Notes under the pieces: generated by a model
Seen by the model: only the letters and a program-made list of their open reading frames with translations
Databases searched by the model: none
What the model was told of the DNA's origin: nothing
In this document: piece after piece, positions 1-15,770 of the stretch
Layout of the letters: each line of letters starts with the position of its first letter
How positions within the stretch are numbered: the stretch's first letter is position 1
Made by a program: the position numbers and the translations under genes
Origin: the human T2T-CHM13v2.0 reference genome, Homo sapiens
Length of the DNA stretch: 64,000 nucleotides
Assembly (NCBI RefSeq): GCF_009914755.1
Contig: NC_060936.1
Strand: one strand, 5' to 3'

Positions 1-85
1 GAATCATTCCAAAGAAAGCTATGGAACCTCTCCCTAGAAATATGCACGTATGCACACACACACATCAAATCCACAAAGCCTAGGG

Positions 86-492
86 GATATGGGCTGATTT
101 GTGTACTCTTAAAAATTCATACTGAAATCCTAACCCCCACTACCTCACAATGTAACCGTATTTCAAGATAGGGACTTTAAAGAGGTAATTAGGCTCAAAT
201 GAGATCATTAGGGTGGGCCCTAATGCCATTTGACTGATGACCTTATAAGAAGAGAAAATCTGGACACAGACACGTAGAGGGAAAATGATGTGAAGACAGG
301 AGAAAGACGGCCACCTACAAGCCCAGGAGGGAGGCCTGGAACAGCTCTTTCCCTCCTGGTTCTCAGAAGAAACTAGCTCTGCCAACACCTTGATCTCAGA
401 CTTCCAGCCTCCAGAACTGCATGAAAATAAATGTATTGTTTAAGCTACCCAGTCTGGGATACTTTGTCAAAGCAGCCCTAGCAAATTATCAC
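86..492 (+). mobile_element. MLT1B-like MaLR solo LTR
   Basis: Matches recalled MLT1B consensus (aaattcatactgaaatcctaacccc...agggtgggccctaat...cagcctccagaactg...gcagccctagcaaa). Confidence 0.8.
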
Positions 493-769
493 ATTAGGTT
501 AAGACAACACTGGCCCTAATCTCATGTAATATATATAGCAGTGTTTAATGTATAACCTTTTCTATTCTGAAGTAACAAAACAACATTTAAAAAGTAACAG
601 GATTACAAACTAACCTACTTTCTAACTGTGGAAACTGACGCTCCAAACTTTTCATAATGCTGCAGTAGTAACATGAAAAAACAGGTAAGTTCAGAAAAAC
701 AGATGAGGTGTGGGATTTCAGCCTTCTTCATCTCTGTTCATAGATGCATTACTCTTAAAAGTATATTGA

Positions 770-1125
770 CACTACTCACGAATAAAAAGGAATGAACTCC
801 TGTTACATGCAACAACATGCAATTGCAAAAGCATTATGCTAAATGAAAGAAGCCACACTCAAAAAGGCTGCGTATCACATGATTCCATTTATACTGCATT
901 ATGAAAAAGCAAAACTGTAAGGACAGAAATGAGATCAGTAACTGTCAGGTGCTAAGCAGAGAGAAGGCTGACTATAAAGAGGCGAAAGAGAACTTTCCGG
1001 GGTGATAGAAATATTCTACATCTTAATTGAATGTGGGTTATAAGACTGTATGTGTTCTTCAGAATTCATAGGACTGTGCACTTAAAGCAGGAAATTTTAC
1101 TGTATGTAAATTTATCTCAATAAAT
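770..1125 (+). mobile_element. L1M (L1MB/MC/ME-type) 3' fragment
   Basis: aataaaaaggaatgaact...cattatgctaaatgaaagaagcca...tgtatgtaaatttatctcaataaa, typical of old L1 3' UTR. Confidence 0.7.
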
Positions 1126-1649
1126 ATTGACACATTTGCTTTATTAGGCATTAACAAGAATAGAGATGTAAAATTATTGACTAGGTACAAAAACTGCCTA
1201 ATAGCAAATTCAGAATAACTTTATATTTGCTTTCAGGTAAAATTAAAGTACACAAACTACATACAAATACCATTCAACACCTACATAGACAATCTATCAG
1301 CATCATAAAAATTTTCTCTTACAGATATTAAAATGTGGCCTTAAAAAATCACTACTGTAAGTACAGCAGTGATTACAGTACTTGAGAAAGCTCTTTAAGA
1401 ATGGATGTCAAAGTTGAAGAAGTTCTTTTTTCTTTGCCCTAGCAATGTCACTTCCTGGTATCTCCCCTTAAGAAACTCTCCCACGAGTACAGAGACTGTC
1501 CCAGAATCAACCTACCTGTTTGCCATTAGAAGAATGGCTGTAAATACACTCTGGTTTTATTCATGTAGCAAAATAACATACAGCAGTAAAATATGAAAAT
1601 GAAGTAGGATAAATTATAAAAATACCACATTAGAAAACTGTAATTACAA

Positions 1650-1950
<301 letters not shown>

Positions 1951-2745
1951 TTGTATTTACAAGAGATGCCATGTATGCAGAATTGTAACCCAAGAATACA
2001 TATATTTAATTAAATACATGTAATACAATAAATTGTTTATGGATTCATCCAGTGTGTGAAAACACGCAAAGGAATGATACACAGCTTCAGGTTATGGAGG
2101 CCTCTGAGGAAGCAGGAAGAGAGAAAGGCATCTAGATAGCTGTTTATGGGACCATTTATTTCTTAAAAACAAGTGACAGAAATTTGATGTAAACATGGCA
2201 AAATGTCAACATTCATTAAATCTAGGAGGCAGATATATGGGTATCATAGTTTTAAAATTTTTTTCCATGTTTGAAGCACTTAATAATTCAATTTGTCTGC
2301 TTACTATTTAATCACAGAGCCACTTGGTTAATGATTACGGTTTTCTCCAGGCACCAAACATTTGCCCCTCTTTGTGAAACAGTTGCTGTTTCTGATGGGC
2401 CATTTCATTACCTTATAATTTTGGAATCTGATGTCACTGCATTTACTTCTACATTAACTTCAACCTTAAATTAACAACCACAGCAATCATAAACTTAGGA
2501 AAATTAAAATCCACTGAGAAGTTAATAAGCTTGCTGCCCTAGAAAAATATCCAGGCTCATTTTAGGCTGTTGTGTAAATAAACTAAGAAGCAATTATTTT
2601 AAAGAATTATTCACTAACAGTTCGCTGAATGAGTTACTAACAAGTAACTGTGATTTCTGAAATATCCAAAGTATCAGGAAACATTAACATAATCTTTGTA
2701 TTCAGATTTGGTATTCTTTGTTTTTCAATAGTACATATATATTAT

Positions 2746-3055
2746 TCTTTTTGTTTTTTATTTTTTTTTTTTTTGAGACAGAGTCTCGCTCTGTTGCCCA
2801 GGCTGGAGTACAATGGTGTAACCTCAGCTCACTGCAACCTCCGCCTCCCGGGTTCAAACGATTTTCCCTAACTCAGCATCTCAAGTAGCTGAGATTACAG
2901 GTGCCCGCCATCACCAGCTAATGTTTTGTATTTTTAGTAGAGATGAGGTTTCACCGTGTTGGCCAGGCTGGTCTCGAACTCCTGACCTCAGGCAATCCGC
3001 CCGGCTGGGCCTCCCAAAGTGCTGGGATTACAGGCATGAACCACCGTGCCTGGCC
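2746..3055 (-). mobile_element. Alu (AluS-like)
   Basis: Poly-T followed by reverse Alu consensus. TSD-like agtacatatatattattc / agtatatgtattattc. Confidence 0.92.
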
Positions 3056-4434
3056 CAGTATATGTATTATTCTTATTTATCTATCTGTTACCATTCTAAT
3101 TACCCCAAACATGCAAAAAATTATTTAAGAAATGAGGGTTGGGAAGGATCAACATTTAATTTAAAGAAAGCCACAAGAATGCAAGACTATTTCATCCATT
3201 TCCTATTTGGCCAAAAAAACAAAAGTTTAAAAAAAAAAAGTCTGTTGGAATGGTAGGCTCACTTTGCAAAACTGTCCTTAAACAGCAACAAGTCTCAAGA
3301 CCTCTCATTTTAAGTCTTTCTTTAAAAATAAGAGCTTCATTTGAGCCCTGAGTACTTCAAAAACTTTCTTGGTATTAGATCATTTTAAACAGCCAGAGTG
3401 CGAGTCAAACTTCTCAATAGTTGAATTTAATGTGCTCCCACCTACCCAAACAATAAAAGCATTTCTAGGTGGTAGAAACAGATGCTGATTTTGCATAAGT
3501 AAGTGTCCCTACTGCTCCCCAGGTAGGGCATAAATGAGCCACCTGAATGAAAGAGACTCACTTTAATTTTGGTGCCCACATGCCTAACAGACACCAATTC
3601 TGTGAATGCCTCTAAATTGCCCAGCACATGAGGTAAGCTTTGGCTGGCTTTATGCAACAAATAGTACTTGATAATTTGCTTAAGTCAGGAGGCTTCTACA
3701 AGCATGGTGCCTTTCCCAAATGAAAGCACATGTAAATAGCATATTCATTCCACTCTTAATATGCTCTTGAATCAGGTTATAAAATGTTAAGTGTTAGTTT
3801 CTGGGCACAGCCCAGTTTTAACCTCCTTCTGTGTCAGATGCAGAGATACAAGGCAGGTGGACCGTTCAATAATTAACACAAGCGCATCTAGTGATATTTA
3901 GGAAGGCACAGGAGTAACATACAAGTAAGAATTAAGCCAAATAAGGAAACAGATCGTTACCTACAAATCAGAAATCTTGTTATATTCGCCATCCTAACAT
4001 AAGTGACAAACCAACTTAAATTTCCCAGTACAGATCCCAGCACAAGGATATTAAATATGTTTATTAAATAGGAGGAATGTGCAGGCTTGAAAGCAGTCTG
4101 GGGCTAACAAAGCAGAAGCAGTAGTCCTGTGACCTGCAGAACACAAAGTTAGGCTGGGTTCCTGCTCTTCCATCTCCCGAGCTGCGAGCTGCGATGGTGT
4201 GTCACAAATTACTTAAGGTGGCAACAGTGGTTTGGGAAGCAACAATACACATTCTATGTACCATAACAGTGTTTGCAAACTGTAGAAGGGCAGGATTTTA
4301 TAACATTAAGTCGAATTTGATGAGAGGTAACACTTAGTTCAAAAGAGAATTAAAAGCAAAATTTTAAAACACACACGCACAAAACTTTGCTATCTTTTCC
4401 TCTCAGCCTTTTGGTCTTTCCTTACTGTAAATAA

Positions 4435-4778
<344 letters not shown>

Positions 4779-5262
4779 TCAAAATGTTCATTTCAAATCC
4801 CTGAGGGGAGAGGTTGGGAAGGGAAGAGGAAGAGGACTATCAATCCAGAATAAGTGTGGCAGAATTACAACCTTCTGTGTTCGACAGATTTAAAACTCAT
4901 GGAAAAAGTAGACATTTATAAAAACAAAACTTGATACATATGAACAGCGGTATATTTTTAAAGACAGGTAACAATGCAAAAAATTGCCCTGGGATAACTG
5001 TATAGACATCTGAAAAGGAATTGAATAATTCTAACTCATTCAAAGATTCAAATATACAAAAATAAAAATCATAAAATATATTAGGAGAACATGGGCATGT
5101 GGGCTTTTAAAAAATCTCAAAGTACAAAGGCCATTCTAAGAATGATACAAACCTATAAACCAGAAAATGTGTAGATTTCTTCATGGCAAAATATGGTTAG
5201 TATTTATTCAGCGCTTGCTATCCACTAGCTCTATGCTCAGCACACACAAAACATATAATTCA

Positions 5263-5850
5263 GGGCAACAGGCAGAATTCTAAGATGATTCCCAAGATGG
5301 TACCCTCCCACAAGCAAGACTTTTGAACATGATGGAATTTCACTCCTATGGCTACATTATGTTATATGGAAAAATAAAGGAATTTTGCAGACATAATTAA
5401 GGCCCCTAATCAGTTGATTTTAATTAATCAAAAGGGAGAGTGCCTAGGCGGGCCTAAACTAATCAGGTGAACTCCTTAAAAGAGGATCTAGAAGTAAAAG
5501 ACAAAATGCAACAAAGATGCTGTTCATTGGCCCTGAAGAAACAAACTGTCGTGCTATGGAACATGCCCTGTGGCAGAAAACAGTGAACAGCCTCTGGCGG
5601 CTGAGGGCCTCAGGTCTACAGTTGCAAGAAACCTAATCTTGTAAATATCCAGTGAGCTTGGGAAAGGATCCCAAGCTTAAGAAGAGATTGCAGTCCTGGT
5701 TGACACCTTGATTTCAGGCTGATGACACACTTGGCAGATGATGCAGTTAAGCTGCACCTGGACTCCAGGCCTATGGAAACTCTGAGATAATTAAATGGGT
5801 GTTGTTTTTTGAAGTTGCTCAGTTTATGGTACTTTGTTACACAACAGTTA
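5263..5850 (+). mobile_element. MLT1E-family MaLR solo LTR
   Basis: ggcagaattctaagatg...ttttgcagacataattaaggcccctaatcagttga...aatcaaaagggaga matches recalled MLT1E consensus. Confidence 0.7.
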
Positions 5851-5869
5851 AAAAAAAAATAGAGTCAGG

Positions 5870-6620
5870 AATGACAAGCTGGGAAAAATGTACTTGCAAA
5901 GCAATTAATTTAATTAGTAGAAAACCAATACAAATCTATGTAAAAGACCAACAGCCAATAGATAAATGGCAAGAACATACATATAAACAGCTCATAAACA
6001 CAGACAAATGTCTTTTTAGTCTATGAAAATATGATCTATTGTACTATAGTTACATAAAATGCAATCATTGGGAGAAGCTGGGTGAGGGGTACATGGGACA
6101 TCTCTGTACTATTTTGTGCAAATTTCTGTAGAGCTGTAATTATTTCAAAATAAAAATTTTAAAAATATGACCAACCTCATCCATACCAGGAAAGATATAC
6201 ATTGAAATGGGCTAGGAGTTTTCACCTATCAGATTGGCAAGGATCAAAACAGTTGAAAACATGCTGTGTCCGAAGCGATGTGGGTAAAGGCATGTTCACA
6301 CATTAATGATAGTTACACAAAGTTTACCAGTGTTGTTCAGTGCTGCATCCTTAGCTCCCAGTGTTCAACACAGAGTAGGTGCAGTGTTCAGCGTGGTAAT
6401 ATCATAATTTAAAATGCACATGCCCTTTGGCTGAGTAATTAGATGCTTGTGAATTTAGCCTGCTAACATATTCCTCACATGTGCAAAAATAAGTAATGAC
6501 CAAAGACTGGAAGCAATATACCTGTCCTTTAATAAGAAAATGGTTAAATAAATGATGGTATAGCCATACATGGGGATCCTGTGCAGCAATTAAAACAAGG
6601 CAAATTAATCTGAATTGATA
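5870..6620 (+). mobile_element. Degenerate L1M fragments
   Basis: A-rich L1-like motifs (ttttcacctatcagattggcaa; tggttaaataaatgatggtatagccatac). Confidence 0.5.
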
Positions 6621-8110
6621 TGGATCAAGAGTAGAATAAGCTTTCCAGCTTCTCAAGTCCCACAGTACAATTTCACAACATACACACATTCACTCATTCA
6701 GTCAATATTTACAAAGCTCCAACTATGTCCAATGCTCCATGCCTAGAAAAAAGAACACAACTATCTCCTTGAGAGAGGATGGGGCAGGTACCCACAGGCA
6801 CAGAGGGAGGCATGGGAGTCCACAAAGAAAGGAGACCGGAGTTCAAGGACCAAGAGTGGGTGAAAAGCAAAGGTCAGATGAGAGACTCTGGGTGTCTAAG
6901 AAGCTGGGCTTCTGTCCTATTGAAGAATTTGAAGCAAAACATTGACAAGACACTACGCAAAATATACACTCAATGTAAAAATAAAAGAGTGATCTAGCTG
7001 GAGAAGGTCATAATCTGGGGACCATCTCTGATGTCACTAGAGGTGTCTTAAGGTATCTCAACTTGAGCACTTAAGCTGAGTCACGTGGGACATGCTCTTT
7101 CCCCCATGCCTGAATATGTGCTCATATTAAAAACATGAGGACAGCATGAGGTCCTCTTGCACCATGCCATCTTATGGGGTGGATTCAAAGGAGACATTTG
7201 CCACCTCTTCCTCCTCTGGAGAAATATCTATAAGCACCCCTCTCAAGCATCTTCACATGCATCCCTCGACCATATCCTTTCACCCATTCTGCATTCAACA
7301 TGTAGGATGGAATGGAAGCAGCACACTCTTCCTTGTATTTCTTCCATCTTCCTTCCTGTCTCCCGTGCTTTCTAGTGGGGCTTTCAGGCACTTTGCCTGA
7401 TGCCAATACATAGAGTCTGAACAGCTCTTACTGAATGGGCTTCATATTGTCAGATAAATTAAATCTATGCCAACCAGTGATTCAGCTGCAAATAGAGGCC
7501 ACCTGTTCCAATTAGTGAGATTAAAATAGTACCCTGCTGACTATCTGAAGCCAAGTTCAGGCTTTCTGGATGATCACAACATCTTGACAAAGACAGAGAA
7601 AAGGGACTTTTGGCCCCAACACAGAATTGAACACACTGGAGTAAATATATTTAGGTGCTGAAGCACAGCTTTCACTAAAGGCATTCTTTATTTTTGGACA
7701 AGTGCTTATACTGAAATTTCTGTGGAAGGCTGCAGCTCAAGACACCATTTAATTTCCTTCCATTACAACAAGCCTACATACACATCTTAATTAGGTTCAA
7801 CTTTACTTTAGAAAAAACATGTAACTCAAATTTCTTCTCCACCCACTATCTGTCCTTGCCTGAAATTCCCAAAGAATTCATATTTTCTGGATGTTCCACT
7901 CTTCGGCCTATCGTCATCCATTACCTCAGTTTCTCCCAGGTCATGGTCGTCAGAAGACTAAAGAGGAAATAATACAGAGAGAAGCAAGCTCAGCTCATTT
8001 CCAAGCTCCTTCAAGTATTTCCACCTAGATGAGACTGCCTTTGACTTATCAGATTGGGTTTCTGTTCATCCCAGTAACAATCATTTATATTGAATTAAAT
8101 CAATTGATGA

Positions 8111-8414
<304 letters not shown>

Positions 8415-8477
8415 ATTGATGAGTACCTCATTTGGTATACAAGGATTTAAGATAGATTACAGGAAACACATATATGT

Positions 8478-8480
<3 letters not shown>

Positions 8481-8524
<44 letters not shown>
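8481..8524 (+). repeat. (CA)22 microsatellite
   Basis: Perfect CA run. Confidence 0.97.
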
Positions 8525-8528
<4 letters not shown>

Positions 8529-8814
8529 AACCAGGCCAGAAAAAAATATAAATTAGAAAAGGAAGCCAAAATCAAGAGGTAAGAAAAAAAAAAAAAAAGA
8601 AGAAGAAAAGAAAAAGAAGCAGGCTATAAAAATCTCACTCGGTTCTGCTGAAATTTGGATCTGGGTTCCTGTTGGCCAAAATAAAAAAGGAAAACACTCA
8701 CTAACTCAAATTTTCACAACCCATGAGTGGGAAAAATGTTTCTAAGCATCTTCTAGACCATGGGTCTAAAGATAAATATTTCATGAAGGAACGAAAGGAG
8801 ATGATACATTAAGA

Positions 8815-9496
8815 CCAGGGTTTTCCTAGATGATTCTGAATTATTTTAGGTGACATAAGACAAAAGCATTAAATAACATAGAATCACAGTGAGCGAGTTA
8901 TTTCCTTTTCAATCCTCAATCCAATTCAGTTGATTCAGTCCAGGAAAAGTCTTTGGTGCTAAAAACTTTCTAACATTGCTCCAACACTTGCTAACTAGTT
9001 TTGTTGAGACAGGGTCTCGCCATCACCCAGGTTGGAGTGCACTGATGCAATCAAGGCTCACTGCAGCCTCACCCCTCCCACCTCACCCCTCCCAGGGCTC
9101 AGGTGATCCTCCCACCTCAGCCTCCTGAGTAGCTGAGAGCATATGTATGCATCACCAAGTCCAGCTAATTTTTGTATCTTTTGTAGAGATGGGGTTTGGC
9201 CATGTTGCTCAGGCTGGTCTCAAACTCCTGGGCTTAAGCAATCCACCCACCTTGGCCTCCCACAGTGCTGGGAATACAGGCGTGAGCCACCACACCCAGT
9301 GCTAATCTACTTCTTAATCTGCTGCTGGGAGGCCTCAAACTCAGAAGATATATAGCTAGAATAATGACACTGATACTTTGAAAATAAATGTAAGTTTTAA
9401 GGAGATAACTGATTTAGAAATATCAAGCAAATAACAGTGCAGGTGGTATGAGGCTGTGTGTCGTAGATGTGGGAATGACTGAACTTTGGGAAACTG
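8815..9496 (-). mobile_element. MER113-like hAT-Charlie DNA transposon fossil, split by an Alu
   Basis: cattaaataacatagaatcacagtgag, ccaacacttgctaa and terminal gaatgactgaactttgggaaactg match recalled MER113 in reverse. Confidence 0.55.
9000..9299 (-). mobile_element. Alu (AluJ-like) with a short internal cctcacccctccca duplication
   Basis: Reverse Alu consensus with J-type features (ctgcagcctc, ctcctgggcttaagcaatcc). Confidence 0.88.
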
Positions 9497-9735
9497 CGGT
9501 AGACCACGAATGACTCAAACTCAGAACAACAAATGTTGTAATGGGTTTCCCAACACCGCTTCTAATGGCTGCTCACAAAGCCGCTAAGTGAAAGAGCTGA
9601 CGTTCAAGTTTCACTCCAGAGTCCATTTCCTGATGCTTCACTCTGTTGCTCAAATCCAGAGGTAAGCTTAAGAGAGGGATGTTGGGGGCAACGAGGAAAA
9701 GACAGATGATCGACATTTAAGAAGTAAACCATTGG

Positions 9736-10040
9736 GGCCAGGTGCAGTGGCTCATGCCTGTAATCCCAGCACTTTGGGAGGCCAAGGCAGGCAGATCACC
9801 TGAGGTCAGGAGTTCGAGACCAGCCTGGTCAACATGGTGAAACCCTGTCTCTACTAAAAATACAAAAATTATCTGGGCATGATGGTATGTGCCTGTAATC
9901 CCAGCTACTCAGGAGGCTGAGGCAGGAGAATTGCTTGAACCTGGGAGGCAGAGGTTGCAGTCAGCCAAGATGGCACCACTGCACTCCAGCCTGGGTGACA
10001 GACCCAGACCCTGTCTCAAAAAAAAAAAGAAAAGAAAAGA
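9736..10040 (+). mobile_element. Alu (AluSx-like)
   Basis: Full Alu. TSD aagtaaaccattgg / aaataaaccactgg. Confidence 0.93.
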
Positions 10041-11728
10041 AATAAACCACTGGATGCCTGGGTAGGGTGGGGGATTGAGGGAGCAGCTCAGGCATCTGGT
10101 TTGCTGACTGGCTGTATGGGAAAAGTATAATATTAACCAGGAATAGAAGGGCGGTTCAAAGAATGAATCTGATATACAGACTTTGAGGTGCCTGTGGAAC
10201 AAGAGGTAGGTGGAAGTGTCTCATAGGATACAGTAAAAGCCACATTTTACTCCCCGGCTGGGCTCTCAAATTGGCGTGTAAGGCAGAAGTCACACGGGCT
10301 TTTTCTAGGGGGACGCTTCACTGGGTATTGCACCAGACATGCTGTCTCTCCATGGGCCATCGGACTCAAGTCCTGTCTTTCCCCTAGTGTTGGAGCAGAT
10401 AATTGTTTCTTTGGTCAAGGACTAGGTGAAGTTTTAGGCTTGGGTTTAAGGGTTGTGTTATATTGTATGCAAATTTTATATATTGAAAACACTCGGTGCT
10501 AGAAGAGACCCTTAAGGCGAGACTCACAGAACGGAGAGCTTTGGAGACCAGGGCAGACTTGGGTTGAATTCTAAGTCAAACGCACAGATGATGAGCTCCA
10601 TGGCTTATGCATCTGGCATACTTTTTTCCCCAATATCCCACCCCAACAAGTGGAAGGTCAGGACATGGATGAACTCTTCATTTTGCAAAACTTTATACTG
10701 AAAAAATGAAGACACTAAGAGGAACCACAAAATATATATATATATTTATATATATATTAGCAACAATACAGTGCAAAGTAGTTTGATACATGAATTGTCA
10801 CCCCTCTTTTCCCCAGTGCCCCCCAAAAACCTGTAAATAAATTCAGAAGAAGAATGGCCTAACATCGTGTCATTCAAATTCACTTTTTTAACCTAGAAAA
10901 GTCACAAAAACTTAAATTTGTTCATACCTACTGAAAATAATTTTAAATTCTCATTCCACCCCTATAACTTAGCAATTAATTTGGTATTTAAAAATTATGT
11001 AAAGCAATCCTTTTTAAAGACAGAAGATGGTATAATGGTTAGTCCCAATCAGTCTGTATTAATTACATAATTTTACTGGTTACAGTCTGGCTGGTGTCAT
11101 TTTCTGCTTCTGCAAATGGAATGGTCTGGAGTTAATAATGTCTAAATTCCCTTCCAGTTCTACCATGGTAAAACCTTGAGTCTAACTTTCCAACCCTCTG
11201 CCTTCGTACCTTTAATTCAGTCAAGCCAGGGTTCCACAGGGAGTTCTGGTGTGGACACCGGGCTATGTTTTCTAGTTGCTTTAAACTGCCCTTTGTAATG
11301 TTTTTAGTTGGCACAGTCTCCTCGAATGCCTTTAAGACCTGAGGAAGATACAGGTTTACAATCAGCCATTTAAAATGTGGCTTCCTCAGGGGACCGGCAC
11401 TAAATGGGATGCATTTCAGGAAGCAATCCTTGAAAAGATCTGGTCTCTGGAGAGAACTCAAAGTGTTGGAAATCACACCCACGGTCTCTGCTCAATTGCA
11501 GCTCCTGCAATGGCCAGACAGCTACACCACTGTTACATTCTGTTATTATTCTTCCTCTCCCATCTGAACATTAACCGAGCATTTAGCAGGTGCTGGCACT
11601 CAACAGTGCTTTACACGTACTACACCGTTTAATTCTCACAACAGTCCTCCAAGGGAAGTACTGTCACAACCCTTGGAAAAACCTAACTTTGGTACCATGC
11701 GGCAGGGTACACTATAGAAAGTCAACCG

Positions 11729-12017
<289 letters not shown>

Positions 12018-12634
12018 AGAAAGTCAACCGAGGCACATAACTCCAAGACTGGCACTCTTAACCTCTCCAGTGCACTCCCCCAAAGTGTGATGTTCTGCAG
12101 GGGACACAAGAAGGCATGGTTTAATATTACAAGAGCCTTCACAGAAAGATCACCAGGTAGGTGACTGATGACATGGCTCAAAAGAAGGTGTGAACCCACA
12201 GGCCAGTCATGAGGATCTACTGAGGAGACACGTTTGCAGGCATGTCTTGAACTCCATGTTCACAAGGAAGCACCACCTTCACCTTGCTATTCAACAGTCC
12301 ATCCTCAGGAGACCAAACATCAGGCAAAAACACGGTTCTTTAATGATCTTAAATCATGAGCTTATTTGACAGCCTTTAAGACTTCAAACTACTAGCAAAA
12401 TTCTCATATCCTAGGCATTAAAGTTCATGAACTATCATTCTGTATCATTCATTCACATGTTTACTGGGAATATATGACTACGTGCAAAAGACTGGCAATG
12501 TGCATGTCATAAGAATTAGAGCACACAATTAGGGTAAGTGCCCAGCAGATGCTGTACACATCCTTCCCCAGGCACCCAACTAGTTTAGAAAGACTGGGCT
12601 GCTCTCCAGTGTTCGCCACGGAGGCAGACAGGGA

Positions 12635-12870
12635 AGTGGTAAAGAATCAAGCTCTGGAGTTGAGACATACACAGGTTCAAACCCTAGCTCTACCATAGTT
12701 TCCTAATAGCCACAAGATCTTAGAGAAACTAATAATCTGTCTGGGCCTCAGCCTCCCCATCTGTAAAATGGAAAAGTGGGATATTGTGGAAGACCAAGGA
12801 GATCATGTATTTGAAGTGCTTCATGTTGCCTGGTGTACAGTAAGCACTCAGTACACATTAACTATTATTG
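12635..12870 (+). mobile_element. MIR
   Basis: ggttcaaaccctagctctacc...gcctcagcctccccatctgtaaaatgg...cagtaagcactcag. Confidence 0.75.
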
Positions 12871-13889
12871 TGACTGCATTCTTCCTTTCACCTATGTTCT
12901 TTTTACCTCCTTACAGAGGAATAATCCACAAATATACTATGGTTCCTTTCAGGCAGCACCCCTCCCAAGTCGACGGAAGCAGTTGGCCTATGCACAAATC
13001 ATATATCCTGATGTTCTCTTTCGAAGGAATGAAAAGTCCTCATTCTGATTCACAGTACAGTGATTCATGGTTCTCTTCCTCTTCTCTTGTCACCCTCCTC
13101 CCCTCCACTGAAAACATGAAAACACAATTAAGAAACCACAGGGCTGAAAGCTGCAGACTCTTCTAAGTCAAGCTGCGGGCATTTTCCAAGTAGGACTAGG
13201 TTGATTTCTGACCTTAGCAGCAGTCCTGGAGATGCCGGCAGAGGGTCTGAAGCAAAATACACCCTGAGATCCAACTTGGTAGCAGCTGTCTTGGTGATCT
13301 CTACAGCGGATGTGACAGGCGGGTGAGCTGGTGGTGGCCGGCAGTTCCTTCTCCTCTAAAGGAAAAGCCTGCAACAAAGTACAGCTCGAAAAACACACAC
13401 CGCATCACTTTGCTCATCCTAAATGTAAGAAAAACCTGGCTTGAGACACTCACCATTATTCATTCTCTTTAAGAGGCTCTTTAGAACAAAACAAATCACC
13501 GGTGAAAACGATATCTGTGTACTACTCAACTTACCACTTCACCGGGTCAGTGTCCTCCAGGACAGAGGTCAGTTTCCACTCCCCCTATTTCCTGCCCAGG
13601 GAGTAAGCATGTGATCATCAACTTACTACATCACTGCCCAACCAGTTCCACTGTGAGAAGGGCTACAGCATCCTCTTCTTCACTGCCTTTGGTCATTACT
13701 CATCATGTAATTGTAGATGGATTTCCAAACCACAGAACACTTGAAGATATACTACAGGTGGCACTCACGCTTGACACAAGTTTTACTTCAGATGTTAGAG
13801 ATTTCTGCATGTATTATCATCATGTTCTCCTGTACAAGACAGGGGTATTGTCCGGAACCACAAGAATAAATGAGATACACCCACCAGAT

Positions 13890-14000
13890 ATTAAGTTTCC
13901 ACAGAGACCAGACTGTTTCATTTACCATTGTATTCCTGATGCCTAGATCAGCAGCCAGCACACAGAAGGTGCTCAGTAAGTATTTTTTGAATAAACGAAG
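13890..14000 (+). mobile_element. L2 3' end
   Basis: gcacacagaaggtgctcagtaagtattttttgaataaacgaa. Confidence 0.6.
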
Positions 14001-14038
14001 CATCTTGCTCTCAAAGTGCCAATGTCTATAGTTTATAA

Positions 14039-14705
<667 letters not shown>

Positions 14706-15228
14706 TAGTAAAAGTGGTTAACATCTATTGATTTCTTATTGTGCACCCGGCATGGAGTTAAACATTTTATAGACATTACTGAATTTATTCCTCAAAACAC
14801 CCCTATTATGTAGAAGTAGGAACTAAGGCTTAGAGTGATTACAGGATCCAAGATTACACTGGTAGCAAACAGCACTGGTACAAGATCTGTATTCTGGGGA
14901 CTATCCTAATGCAAATGGTTCTGTAGGGAAAATAATATGGTCCTTGCATGCAGGATGGAACAGAAGTTGGTGAAGGTCATAAGTGACTAAGGTGGGGGAT
15001 GATTGGGAGATATGGAAGAAACCAATTCCAGAGAAATGTCAGAGAAAGGTGCGGTGGTATTGCTAATAGGTTAGAGAGATGGGGGAGGGCAGGCACTCAA
15101 GATGACTAGCAGTTCTGATTAGTAGTGGCACCAACAAAATAGAAAAAAATTATTAACCTGACATATAGACAAATACAGCTTTTTCACCCAGTGAGAGAAC
15201 ATAAATTTAAAAAAATTTTTTTAAATAG

Positions 15229-15770
<542 letters not shown>

